This document shows positions 40,790-50,402 of a DNA stretch of 64,000 nt, one piece after another. The stretch's first letter is position 1. Each line of letters begins with the position of its first letter. Source of the DNA: Thermodesulfobacteriota bacterium. Lineage in GTDB: Bacteria > Desulfobacterota_D > UBA1144 > Nemesobacterales > UBA2774. The notes below the pieces were generated by a model. That model was given only the letters and a program-made list of their open reading frames with translations. It was not told where the DNA came from and did no database searches. The stretch covers positions 506,041 to 570,040 of the forward strand of contig OZ244197.1 in NCBI GenBank assembly GCA_965216785.1. The letters run 5' to 3'. The position numbers were made by a program, and so were the translations under genes.

Positions 40790-41932
40790 ATGACACGCCG
40801 TGAAATTTACTTTGACAATAACGCGACTACGAGACCGCTCCCCGAAGTAAGGGAAGAGGTGCTTAAGGTCATAGGTGAGGAGTTCGGCAACCCCTCTAGC
40901 GCTCACTCTACCGGAGAGAGGGCCCGCCGTCACCTAAGCCAGGCAAGGGACAGCCTCGCAGCGCTCCTCGGATGCAATGCGTCTGCCGTCACATTCACCG
41001 GATCGGGCACGGAATCCAACAACATGGCGTTTTATTCCTGTACAAGGGATAAAAAGAAGAAATGCCGAGTGGTCACGACCTCGGTCGAGCATTCGTCCAT
41101 CCAGAAAATGTGCAGTTACTTATGCATTAACGGCGTCGATATCAAAATGGTAAACGTCCAGCCAAACGGCTTAATCGACCGAGAAGAGCTCGAGAGAGCG
41201 ATTAACGAAGATACCTCTCTTGTCTCCGTTCAGTGGGTGAACAATGAAACGGGCGTTGTGCAGCCGATAGAGGAAATAGGGGCGATGTGCAAAGACATGG
41301 GAGTCCCGTTTCACACCGACGCGGCGCAGGCTGTAGGAAAGCTTAAGATGAACCTTGATGAGCTGCAGTTTGATTTTCTTTCGCTCACCGGTCACAAGTT
41401 CCATTCCCCCCAGGGCGTTGGAGCCATTTACTGTAAAGACCGCTTTATGCTTGCTCCGATCCTTTTCGGCGGCTTCCAGGAAGAGGGTTTCCGCCCGGGT
41501 ACAGAGAACCTGCCCGGTATAGTAGGTATGGGAAAAGCCGCAGAGATAAGAAAGGCAAAATTAGAGCAGTACATCTTAAAGATGAAGGACCTCAGAGACC
41601 GCTTCGAAGCCATGGTGCTCGACTTTGTACCCGGCACCAGAGTAAACGGAACTACGGAGAGCAGGGTATGCAATACTACCAACATTATGTTCGGCGGAGT
41701 AGACGGCAGAAAGCTCGTTAGAGAGCTGGACAACGTAGGTGTAAGGTGCTCTCAGAGCTCGGCCTGCACAAATTTTGAAATCGCGCCGTCCTATGTGCTA
41801 TGCGCTATGGGGCTTACGGAAGAAGAGGCTTACTCGAGCATAAGGTTCAGCTTTTCCGTTGAAAACACGTTTGACGAAATAGATACAACTATTGGGCTTT
41901 TAAGAGACATTACCGAAAAATCCAGAATCTAA
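40790..41932 (+). CDS. Cysteine desulfurase (NifS/IscS-like class V aminotransferase)
   Basis: IYFDNNATTRP N-terminus, PLP-lysine motif SLTGHKFHSPQGVGAIY, active-site Cys region RCSQSSAC. Confidence 0.88.
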   Translation: MTRREIYFDNNATTRPLPEVREEVLKVIGEEFGNPSSAHSTGERARRHLSQARDSLAALLGCNASAVTFTGSGTESNNMAFYSCTRDKKKKCRVVTTSVEHSSIQKMCSYLCINGVDIKMVNVQPNGLIDREELERAINEDTSLVSVQWVNNETGVVQPIEEIGAMCKDMGVPFHTDAAQAVGKLKMNLDELQFDFLSLTGHKFHSPQGVGAIYCKDRFMLAPILFGGFQEEGFRPGTENLPGIVGMGKAAEIRKAKLEQYILKMKDLRDRFEAMVLDFVPGTRVNGTTESRVCNTTNIMFGGVDGRKLVRELDNVGVRCSQSSACTNFEIAPSYVLCAMGLTEEEAYSSIRFSFSVENTFDEIDTTIGLLRDITEKSRI

Positions 41933-42028
41933 ATCACAATCTGGAATAATTTTAGCCTGATCTCAACCACACGCTTATCATTCATCCCCGACTCTGATTC
42001 CCCCAGGCTTGAATAAAGGTAATAAGGA

Positions 42029-42556
42029 ATGGACAGAGCGAAGAAAAACATACTAATTTCAGGACTTCCGGGGATAGGCAAGACCACCCTAATCAAAAAC
42101 CTTATTCAAAAGATACCACTTTCCCGGCCCATAGGGTTCTACACCGAAGAGATAAGATATGAGGGGGAAAGGAAGGGGTTTCAGGCTGTGAGCCTTGATG
42201 GTGAGAGATTGATTCTGGCACACGAGCTTTTACAGAGCGGATACCATGTAGGGAAATACAAAGTCGACGTAAAAGGCTTTGATAAATTCCTCGATAATAT
42301 AGATTTTCTAAGAGATTATGAAAGACCTGTTGTTATTGATGAAATAGGAAAGATGGAGTGTCTCTCCGGTAAATTTGTAAGGATAATTTCTGAAATACTG
42401 GACTCCCCGGCTACTTTTGTCGCCTCTATCGCCCACACAGACGGCGGTATAAAGGGCAGAATAAAAAAGAGAGACGACGTCCTCTTATACAAAATGAATC
42501 TCGATAACAGAGAAACACTGCTTGAGGATATTCTGGATATCCTGAATCCAGAATAG
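42029..42556 (+). CDS. THEP1/MJ1559-family nucleoside-triphosphatase
   Basis: Walker A ILISGLPGIGKTTL, Walker B VVIDEIGKME. About 175 aa, typical of the archaeal-type NTPase family PF03266. Confidence 0.75.
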   Translation: MDRAKKNILISGLPGIGKTTLIKNLIQKIPLSRPIGFYTEEIRYEGERKGFQAVSLDGERLILAHELLQSGYHVGKYKVDVKGFDKFLDNIDFLRDYERPVVIDEIGKMECLSGKFVRIISEILDSPATFVASIAHTDGGIKGRIKKRDDVLLYKMNLDNRETLLEDILDILNPE

Positions 42557-42666
42557 AGCAACTTCCACACATGCTTTACATCTAATATCAAAGTATCGGT
42601 CGTTCACAAAAAGTTTTGATATCTTTTGACATTTATATTATAAATGTGATGGAGGGAAAATATCCA

Positions 42667-44652
42667 ATGGCTGAAACAACTCGACAAGCTAAAAAACATA
42701 AAAGCTGGTACAAAGTGCTCGAGCACGGCGAGCTTCCGGAAGGGAGGGTAACTACCAGGACTTGCCGGAACCTAACCTTATGCCTCAGTAGACACGGGGG
42801 CAAATACGGAGCGCTCGACAACAAATGCCCTCATCAGGGGGGGCCGCTCGGGGAAGGATCTATCGAGAACGGCTGGCTCAGGTGTCCCTGGCACGGATGG
42901 GACTTTGATCCTATTTCCGGGAAATCGCCCGGAGGGTTTGAGGACGGCGTACCTGTATTTGAGATAGAAGAGCGGGACGACGGAATATATGTCGCGCTTG
43001 AAGATTTGGGAGAACATCAGAGAACAGTTACCGATCTTATGGCCGAGACAATGGTAAATTGGGGAATCAAGCATGTATTCGGCATGGTAGGACATTCGAA
43101 CCTCGGGCTTGCGGACGCGCTGAGGGTTCAGGAGGAGAAAGGGAATATCTCCTACATAGGAATACGTCACGAAGGGGCTGCTGCTTTTGCGTGCTCGGCT
43201 TACGGCAAGCTCACAGGGAGACCCGCGGCGTGTCTTGGAATCGCAGGACCCGGATCAACTAACCTACTAACCGGACTTTGGGACGCGAATGTGGACCGAA
43301 GCCCAGTGCTTGCTCTGAGCGGCCAGGTAGATACGCAGGTGCTGGGCCCGGGGGCTTTTCAGGAAGTGGACCTGCAGGCAGCTTTCGGCAAGGTGGCTCA
43401 ATGGACCCAGACCGTGCTTCAAACGAGTAAGCACGCAGAGCTTGTAAACCTGGCACTCAAGAGCGCCATACTGAACAGAGGGGTATCTCATCTGATTTTC
43501 CCGGACGAGGTACAGACGCTACCTGCAAAAGACGAGGCAAAAGCCGGCAGCCCTGTAGGCAGAGTGACACCGCTTACAATCACCCCGCCAAGGCAGACGT
43601 TAAACGAAGCGATAAAACTTATAAAGAAAGCCGAGCGGCCATCGATTATCGTAGGGCACGGCGCAAGGTTTAATATGGATTCTATAACAGAGCTTGCACA
43701 GAGCCTTAGGTGTCCGGTGTTTACGACATTTAAAGGCAAGGGGCTTATCCCTGACAACCATCCACTCGGTTGCGGTGTACTCGGCAGGAGCGGTACTCCA
43801 ATAGCGAGCTGGTTTATGAACGAGTCGGACCTGCTCATAGTGTTTGGGGCGAGCTTCAGTAACCACACAGGAATATCATCGAAGAAGACGATCATACACG
43901 TGGACTTTGACAACATGGCTTTAGCTAAATTCCACCCGGTCACAGTGCCGGTTTGGGGCGAGATCGGTATTACCGCAGAGCTTATAAAAAAAGCGGTGAA
44001 AGGAAAAGCTAAATCCAAGGACAGAAGAAAAGAGATAGCAAAACGGTGGAAGATATGGCGGGAGGAGAAAGAAAGCCGGAGAAAAGACGAAAGCTCTGTC
44101 GGGCTTAGCTCGTCCTATATATTCGAGGAGCTTTCTAATCACTCTCCAGAGGATGCCATAATAGCAGTCGATGTAGGTAATAACACATATTCGTTCGGAA
44201 GATACTTTGAATGTAAAAAACAGTCGATACTGATGTCGGGCTATCTGGGCTCTATCGGGTTTTCTCTTCCCGGTGCGATAGGGGCATGGACAGCGACCCA
44301 GGAAGATGACCCGAGGTTCAGAGGACGAAAGGTAATATCCGTCTCCGGGGACGGAGGGCTCGGGCAGTATCTGGCAGAAGTAACTACAGCAGTTAAATAC
44401 GGGATGAACATTACCCATGTGCTCCTTCACAATAAAGAGCTTGGGAAGATTTCAAAAGAACAGCGCGCCGGGAACTGGGAGGTATGGCAGACTTCTCTGC
44501 ATAACCCGAACTTTGCCGACTACGTGAACTCCTGCGGAGGGCTTGGAGTAAGGGTTACCAAAAAATCGGAGCTCAGAAGGGCTCTCAAAAAATGCTTCAA
44601 GCATAATGGGTTTTCAATGGTCGAGATTATGTCCGACCCGGATTTAATTTAG
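42667..44652 (+). CDS. Fusion protein: N-terminal Rieske [2Fe-2S] domain + thiamine-diphosphate enzyme of the pyruvate oxidase/acetolactate synthase superfamily
   Basis: Rieske ligands CPHQGGP...CPWHGWDF. Then TPP Pyr domain (WGIKHVFGMVGHSNLGLADAL...GIAGPGSTN), a middle domain, and a PP domain with GSIGFSLPGAIGA...SGDGGLGQ...HNKELGKI. A Lys/Arg-rich insertion sits between the middle and PP domains. RBS GGAGGG precedes the ATG at 42667; the track ORF starts at 42616. Confidence 0.85.
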   Translation: MAETTRQAKKHKSWYKVLEHGELPEGRVTTRTCRNLTLCLSRHGGKYGALDNKCPHQGGPLGEGSIENGWLRCPWHGWDFDPISGKSPGGFEDGVPVFEIEERDDGIYVALEDLGEHQRTVTDLMAETMVNWGIKHVFGMVGHSNLGLADALRVQEEKGNISYIGIRHEGAAAFACSAYGKLTGRPAACLGIAGPGSTNLLTGLWDANVDRSPVLALSGQVDTQVLGPGAFQEVDLQAAFGKVAQWTQTVLQTSKHAELVNLALKSAILNRGVSHLIFPDEVQTLPAKDEAKAGSPVGRVTPLTITPPRQTLNEAIKLIKKAERPSIIVGHGARFNMDSITELAQSLRCPVFTTFKGKGLIPDNHPLGCGVLGRSGTPIASWFMNESDLLIVFGASFSNHTGISSKKTIIHVDFDNMALAKFHPVTVPVWGEIGITAELIKKAVKGKAKSKDRRKEIAKRWKIWREEKESRRKDESSVGLSSSYIFEELSNHSPEDAIIAVDVGNNTYSFGRYFECKKQSILMSGYLGSIGFSLPGAIGAWTATQEDDPRFRGRKVISVSGDGGLGQYLAEVTTAVKYGMNITHVLLHNKELGKISKEQRAGNWEVWQTSLHNPNFADYVNSCGGLGVRVTKKSELRRALKKCFKHNGFSMVEIMSDPDLI

Positions 44653-44696
44653 ATGTATAAATTTAAAATTGAATCATCAATAATCCAGGAGGAAAT

Positions 44697-45488
44697 ATGG
44701 CTGACAAAACCGAGTATCCGGATATTAATTACAACGACGGTATTAAAACAATTGAGACTGTGCACGGATACGCAAAACTCTTAGGCGCAATCAGGGCCTC
44801 GATGACTCCCCCACAAAAAGACTATTGGCATATAAGCCTCAGGACCGGGCCGCTAGGGTTCCGTACTACGCCCGTGCCGATTGGAGACGGTCATACATTT
44901 GAATTACTTCTAGACCTGGTTTCACACTCGGCGGCGATCACAACGAGTAAAGGCTACACGTGGAACTTGCCAATCGAGGGACAAACGCTTACAGCCTTTT
45001 CGGAAAGCGTACTTAGAGAGCTCGGGAAGCTCGGAATCAGCCCTGAAATCGACACTGAAAAATTCAAAGACGAGACGGAAAGGATATACAACTTTCAGCA
45101 CGCCTCGGACATATTTAGATACTATTCCATTTTCGACATGGTCTTAAAGGAATTTAAGGGAACGCTTGCTCAGGAGACAAGCCCCGTTCAGCTGTGGCCG
45201 CACCACATGGACATAGCGTTTACCTGCTACACGGAGTCAGGGTTATTGCTAACTTGCGGTTTTCTCCCGGGGGACGAAAGTATAGAAGAGCCATATTTCT
45301 ACATAACCGCATACCCTGAGATAGATGATACGTCTTCTGTCACCCTTGGGGGTAAGGCGTATTGGCATACCGTAGACTGGCAGGGGATTATCTATAAATA
45401 CTCAGACCTTCTGGAATCAGAGTCTCCAAGAGAAGAGCTGCTAAGACATCTGGGATCGAGCTTTGATCAAATTATGGAAAAATCCTGA
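44697..45488 (+). CDS. Hypothetical protein (263 aa), 44 nt downstream of the Rieske-TPP gene
   Basis: Good RBS (CCAGGAGGAAAT ATG). No recognised domain. Probably co-transcribed. Confidence 0.5.
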   Translation: MADKTEYPDINYNDGIKTIETVHGYAKLLGAIRASMTPPQKDYWHISLRTGPLGFRTTPVPIGDGHTFELLLDLVSHSAAITTSKGYTWNLPIEGQTLTAFSESVLRELGKLGISPEIDTEKFKDETERIYNFQHASDIFRYYSIFDMVLKEFKGTLAQETSPVQLWPHHMDIAFTCYTESGLLLTCGFLPGDESIEEPYFYITAYPEIDDTSSVTLGGKAYWHTVDWQGIIYKYSDLLESESPREELLRHLGSSFDQIMEKS

Positions 45489-45490
45489 TT

Positions 45491-46126
45491 TTATTCTGAG
45501 CATAAACCCGAGCAGGATTTATAGCCGGCTTTACACCCGGATACGCATTTTGATCTTTTACCAGACTTAGCCCCACCTCCGATATATACACTGCAGCCCG
45601 ACTTACAGTGCCGGAGCTTGTAATCGCAGTCTTCACTACAGCTTAGATCCGGTTTTTCTGGGTAATCGAGCCTTTCGGGAAGAGAGGGATCGGCGCATCT
45701 TTTTTTGCAGTAATCAGAGCTCTCGGCGCACTTGCTTCTGCATACGCTTTTCTTCCCGCTCTTGGCCCCGCCGCCTGTGTATTTGGTGCAAACTTCGTTG
45801 CAGTCAACAAGCTTTAAATCACATGCGTCCCTGCACGCACGGTCGTGATACGCCTCGGGTTTAAGCGTTGGCCTGGGCGTAGGGTTCAGGCATCTAACAT
45901 TGCAGCCCTCAAGCTCTTTTCCGCAGCCCCTATTACACTCCCGTCTTTTCTCAGCCTTAGCCCCACCCCCAATGAGCTGTGAGCATGAGAACTCGCAGTT
46001 ATCCCTACTCTCCTCACACATTTGCGGGCAGGTGAGATCTATATATTCTTCACCCCAAGCGGGATTGAAGAAAGATCCCAACATGGCAATTGTCGCCAAT
46101 ACCGATATTAGAGCTATTTTATTCAT
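45491..46126 (-). CDS. Secreted Cys-rich repeat protein (three ~65-aa units, 8 Cys each, central GGGAK motif)
   Basis: Signal peptide MNKIALISVLATIAMLGSFFNPAWG. Each unit is C-X3-C-X6-C-X3-C-X5-6-GGGAK-X4-5-C-X3-C-X6-C-X3-C. The track ORF starts 57 nt further upstream, at 46183. Confidence 0.7.
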   Translation of the reverse strand: MNKIALISVLATIAMLGSFFNPAWGEEYIDLTCPQMCEESRDNCEFSCSQLIGGGAKAEKRRECNRGCGKELEGCNVRCLNPTPRPTLKPEAYHDRACRDACDLKLVDCNEVCTKYTGGGAKSGKKSVCRSKCAESSDYCKKRCADPSLPERLDYPEKPDLSCSEDCDYKLRHCKSGCSVYIGGGAKSGKRSKCVSGCKAGYKSCSGLCSE

Positions 46127-46237
46127 ACATTTTGGCTTTGTATTGCTTACTAAATGAGTACTTAAAGTATAGCAACTATGCATCTAACATAAAGCCCTGC
46201 TTGTTACGAACAGATACCCTCGTTATAATTTGCAAGC

Positions 46238-47566
46238 ATGAATACAGATAAATTGAGAAGCGATGCGGTCGCAATATTTAAGGCAGGCCTAAAAGCGGTA
46301 GATCCCGTAAACGCCGTAAAGAACAGGTTAAAACGCGAAGGTGAGATATTAAGGCTTGAAGGCAGTGAATATAACCTGGCAGAATACAAAAATATTTACG
46401 TAATCGGTATGGGCAAGGCGGCAGCGGCAATGGCAAGCGCGGTTGAGGATATATTGGGCGGGCTTATAACCGCGGGCGTGGTTAACGTAAAATACGGACA
46501 CTCCGTACCGTTACAAATAATTAAGGTGAATGAAGCCGGCCACCCTGTACCGGACGAAAAAGGGCTCCGGGGAACCCAAGAGATTGTTGACCTTCTGAAA
46601 AACTCCGCAAGAGACGATCTGATTATCTGCTTGATATCAGGCGGCGGATCTGCGCTACTGCCGCTCCCCGCGGCGGATATTACGCTTGAGGACAAGCAGG
46701 AGCTTACCTCAGCGCTCCTTAGCTGCGGCGCTACGATTCATGAGATAAACGCGCTGCGAAAACAGATATCGGGAGTCAAAGGCGGCCGTCTGGCAAAACT
46801 TGCCTATCCCTCGACAATGATATCGCTGATACTATCAGACGTCATTGGAGACAACCTGGACGTAATCGCATCAGGTCCCACGGTGCCGGACACCCACTCC
46901 TTTCACGACTGCCTTGAGATTGTGAATAAATACGGGCTTAAAGAACAAGCTCACGGGGCTGTAATTGAGTACATAGAAAAAGGATGCCGCGGAGGTCACG
47001 AGGAAACCCCCAAGCCTGAGGACCCCGCGTTTGAGCGCACTCAAAACGTTATAATCGGAAGCAACATAGAGGCGGTAAGGGCCGCAAGCGAGAAAGCCGG
47101 GGGGCTTGGATACAACAGCCTGATCCTATCTACTTTCATACACGGAGAAACAGAGGAAGTAGCAAAGGTGCACACAGCTATAGCCGAAGAGATACTAAGC
47201 TCCGGCAACCCCGTAAAGAGACCTGCCTGCATAATCTCAGGCGGCGAGACAACAGTGACAATTGAAGGCACGGGAAAAGGAGGAAGAAACCAGGAGTTTG
47301 TTTTAGCGGCGGCCATTCATATTGAAGGATTAAATGACGTTGTAATCCTGAGCGGCGGAACAGATGGAACCGACGGTCCGACAGACGCGGCAGGCGCGGT
47401 AGCCGACGGATCTACAGTATCAAGAGCGCATGATCTGGGACTTGATCCTTACGCATTTCTTTGCAATAACGATTCATACAACTTTTTTACGCAGCTTGGG
47501 GATCTGCTTATTACAGGCCCAACACATACGAACGTGATGGATGTAAGGGTCTTACTTGTAACATGA
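46238..47566 (+). CDS. Glycerate 2-kinase (MOFRL family; DUF4147 + MOFRL domains)
   Basis: YVIGMGKAAAAMA N-terminal motif and the C-terminal MOFRL region ...LSGGTDGTDGPTDAAGA. Confidence 0.85.
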   Translation: MNTDKLRSDAVAIFKAGLKAVDPVNAVKNRLKREGEILRLEGSEYNLAEYKNIYVIGMGKAAAAMASAVEDILGGLITAGVVNVKYGHSVPLQIIKVNEAGHPVPDEKGLRGTQEIVDLLKNSARDDLIICLISGGGSALLPLPAADITLEDKQELTSALLSCGATIHEINALRKQISGVKGGRLAKLAYPSTMISLILSDVIGDNLDVIASGPTVPDTHSFHDCLEIVNKYGLKEQAHGAVIEYIEKGCRGGHEETPKPEDPAFERTQNVIIGSNIEAVRAASEKAGGLGYNSLILSTFIHGETEEVAKVHTAIAEEILSSGNPVKRPACIISGGETTVTIEGTGKGGRNQEFVLAAAIHIEGLNDVVILSGGTDGTDGPTDAAGAVADGSTVSRAHDLGLDPYAFLCNNDSYNFFTQLGDLLITGPTHTNVMDVRVLLVT

Positions 47567-47605
47567 GGGAAAAGATAAATAAGCGGATTTAGTATACTCC
47601 CGAAA

Positions 47606-47959
47606 TCAGAGTTTAAGACCAGCAAGAAATCCTATCTGCTCGGCAAGCTCCTCACGGGTGACGGAGAAAATATCGAAAGTTTTATTGAGAGTGACCATCC
47701 TTATATTCTCGGCAATTAGTCTTTCCGAGCCTGAAACCCAATAGACACAGACGATCATCTCAAGACCGTTTGGATGCTTAAACATAATAGAGGCGTATCT
47801 ATCGATGCCCATTATCAGCGGCCCGTCCGGTACAAGCTTTACCTGGTAGCCGGGAGCGGCGCCATAGTCTTTTATGAAATCTTCGAAAACCGGCCGTACC
47901 ATGTTCTCGAATAAATCTTCTACTTTTTCGTCTAAATTTGACTCAGAATAATCGCTCAA
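47606..47959 (-). CDS. Hypothetical protein (117 aa)
   Basis: ORF only, no recognised domain. Confidence 0.35.
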   Translation of the reverse strand: MSDYSESNLDEKVEDLFENMVRPVFEDFIKDYGAAPGYQVKLVPDGPLIMGIDRYASIMFKHPNGLEMIVCVYWVSGSERLIAENIRMVTLNKTFDIFSVTREELAEQIGFLAGLKL

Positions 47960-48021
47960 TTAACTCACACTGAAATTCATACCACTCATATTTTATAGTA
48001 CCAAAGTATGATTAAGACCGC

Positions 48022-48393
48022 CTATGACAAATCAAGCGAATGTCTTTTTAAATCCTCAATGGAGATGAGCTCAAGAACTGATTCATGGGTCGAGGTAAGA
48101 ACGACAGGTGGAGCAACTCCGTTATCCATTGCTTCTTTCCACCTGAGCGCGCATACACACCACCTGTCTCCGGGTTTCAGTCCCGGGAAATCGAAATCAG
48201 GGTTCGGTGTGCTGAGGTCATTCCCAGTTGCTTTTGAGAACTCTAAGAACTCTTCTGTCACCTCGGCACAGACCACATGCATACCCAAATCTTGAGCGTC
48301 CGAACTGCAGCAACCGTCCCTGAAAAAACCCGTCATAGGATTCGTAGAGCAAGTATCGAGTTTTTCTCCGAAAACATTTTTATCATCTGGCAT
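48022..48393 (-). CDS. DUF2237-family protein
   Basis: PMTGFFRDGCC...DLGMHVVCAEVTEEFLEFSKATGNDLSTP...FPGLKPGDRWCVCALRWKEA matches the conserved DUF2237 pattern. Confidence 0.75.
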   Translation of the reverse strand: MPDDKNVFGEKLDTCSTNPMTGFFRDGCCSSDAQDLGMHVVCAEVTEEFLEFSKATGNDLSTPNPDFDFPGLKPGDRWCVCALRWKEAMDNGVAPPVVLTSTHESVLELISIEDLKRHSLDLS

Positions 48394-48492
48394 TAAATAG
48401 CCCCCCTTATCTGATCTTTAATAATCAGAGACTATAGATCTAATATATTATCCAGAGAGAAAAGAAACTATCCATAGCTCGTTTAATTAAAA

Positions 48493-50367
48493 CTATGACT
48501 CTCCCGGACGCTCCCAAGCATGATCGTTATCTTCCTCTATATCTTCCTGATCGGATTTCAGAAGATCTATCAGGTCCTGGTTTTTCTCCTTGGTCTTTTC
48601 TATAAACGCTTTTTCATCCTCGGACTCCAGCACGTCGTATAACTCTACAAGATGCTTTTCATCATGGTGCTTGAAATTGAGCGCCGCGCGGTGCGCTTGG
48701 TAACCATGAAACCCGAGCATCCTGAGCGCGCTTTCACCAAGCTCAATCGCTGACGCAAAAGTCTCCCTCTCTATAACCTTAACCCCCGCATCCATTAACT
48801 CATAGGTATGTCTTCTATCAAAAGAACGGGCTAAAATCTGTAAATTGGGGAAATGCTTCCTGACAGTGCGCGCTATCTCTATTGCCTTGTCTTTGTCATC
48901 CACGGCCAACACAAAGAGCTTTGCGTCCTGAGCGCCCGCGGATGTAAGTAGATCAAGCCTCGAAGCGTCGCCGTAAAACACTTTATATCCAAATCTTCTT
49001 ACCATATCTATCTGGCTCGGCTTATAATCCAGCACCGTTGTACCGATATTATTCGCATGCAGCAGTCTACCGACGATCTGGCCGAATCTTCCAAAGCCCG
49101 CTATGATGACGGGGTTTTTCTCATCTATCTCGTCAGGATCCCTTTTCTCGCTAAGGCTCTTAAAGCGGGGCTGTATAAGAAGCTCGTTAATTATCATCAT
49201 GATCGGCGTCATCATCATCGAAAGCGCGATCACTAATATGAGGGTGCCGGATATATACGCCGGAATCACATTATTTTGTGTAGCAAAAGAAAAGAGCACG
49301 AATCCGAACTCGCCCCCCTGCGCGAGTGAGAAGGAGAACAAAAAGTTTTGGCTCATATTCATTTTGAAGACTACGCCGAGTATGAACAAGATAATGAGCT
49401 TTATAGAAACGAGCACCGCGACGAGACCTAAGATTAGATAGGGTTCTTGCATAAATAGATTAAAATCAATGCTCGCCCCCACAGAGATGAAGAATAGACC
49501 GAGCAGGAGTCCTTTAAACGGCTCGATATCGGATTCGAGCTCGTGTCGGTATTCGCTATCGGCCAGAACCACGCCTGCTAAAAAGGTTCCCAAGGCTGGA
49601 GACAGCCCTACGAGCTGCATAGAAAGAGCGATACCTATAACGAGAAATAGAGCGAACGCCGTGAATATTTCTCTTAACCTGGTCTCGGCGATAAAGCGGA
49701 AAGCGTAACGGGCTAAGAACTTGCCGGCTATAATTATAGTTCCGATGAGCGCTGTCACTATCAGCGCTTGCTGCCACCCCGGCAGTGCTTCAACGGGTGA
49801 TTCGCTATGACCCGCTCCGGATTCCGCACCGATAAACGGTACGCTTGACACTGCAAGAAGCGGGATTAATGCCAGCATGGGTATTACTGCTATATCCTGA
49901 AACAGGAGCACTGAGAAACTCGAGCGGCCTCCTTCTGAATTCATTAAGCCTTTTTCGCTTAGGGTTTGAAGCACAATGGCGGTTGAGGACAGGGCCAAAA
50001 TAAGGCCTACTGCAAGAGATATCCTCCAACCGAAATCAAGCGCGAAAGCAAGTGCCCCTATAACAACAGCGCTCAGAAGCACCTGAAGGCCGCCAAGTCC
50101 CACTATGGGCCCTTTTAGCTTCCATAGTCTTGAAGGCTGCAGCTCTAGCCCGATCAGAAACAGCATCAGCACTACGCCGAACTCGGCAAAGTGCATTACC
50201 TCCCCCGTCTCAGTACCAACAAACTTGAGCGCAAAAGGTCCTATAATCACGCCCGCTAGCAAGTAACCAAGCACCGATCCAAGCCCTAAACGCTTGGCGA
50301 TAGGGACAGAAATTACCGCTGCAAGTAGGTATATGAATGCCTGAAATAAGAGATTATCACTTCCCAT
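48493..50367 (-). CDS. kefC: Glutathione-regulated K+-efflux / CPA2 family cation:proton antiporter with C-terminal RCK (TrkA-N) domain
   Basis: About 13 TM helices, then a Rossmann motif IIAGFGRFGQIVGRLL. Acidic C-terminal tail. Confidence 0.85.
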   Translation of the reverse strand: MGSDNLLFQAFIYLLAAVISVPIAKRLGLGSVLGYLLAGVIIGPFALKFVGTETGEVMHFAEFGVVLMLFLIGLELQPSRLWKLKGPIVGLGGLQVLLSAVVIGALAFALDFGWRISLAVGLILALSSTAIVLQTLSEKGLMNSEGGRSSFSVLLFQDIAVIPMLALIPLLAVSSVPFIGAESGAGHSESPVEALPGWQQALIVTALIGTIIIAGKFLARYAFRFIAETRLREIFTAFALFLVIGIALSMQLVGLSPALGTFLAGVVLADSEYRHELESDIEPFKGLLLGLFFISVGASIDFNLFMQEPYLILGLVAVLVSIKLIILFILGVVFKMNMSQNFLFSFSLAQGGEFGFVLFSFATQNNVIPAYISGTLILVIALSMMMTPIMMIINELLIQPRFKSLSEKRDPDEIDEKNPVIIAGFGRFGQIVGRLLHANNIGTTVLDYKPSQIDMVRRFGYKVFYGDASRLDLLTSAGAQDAKLFVLAVDDKDKAIEIARTVRKHFPNLQILARSFDRRHTYELMDAGVKVIERETFASAIELGESALRMLGFHGYQAHRAALNFKHHDEKHLVELYDVLESEDEKAFIEKTKEKNQDLIDLLKSDQEDIEEDNDHAWERPGES

Positions 50368-50402
50368 AATTTATATGCCCTAAAAATTATATGCTCCCAA
50401 TT

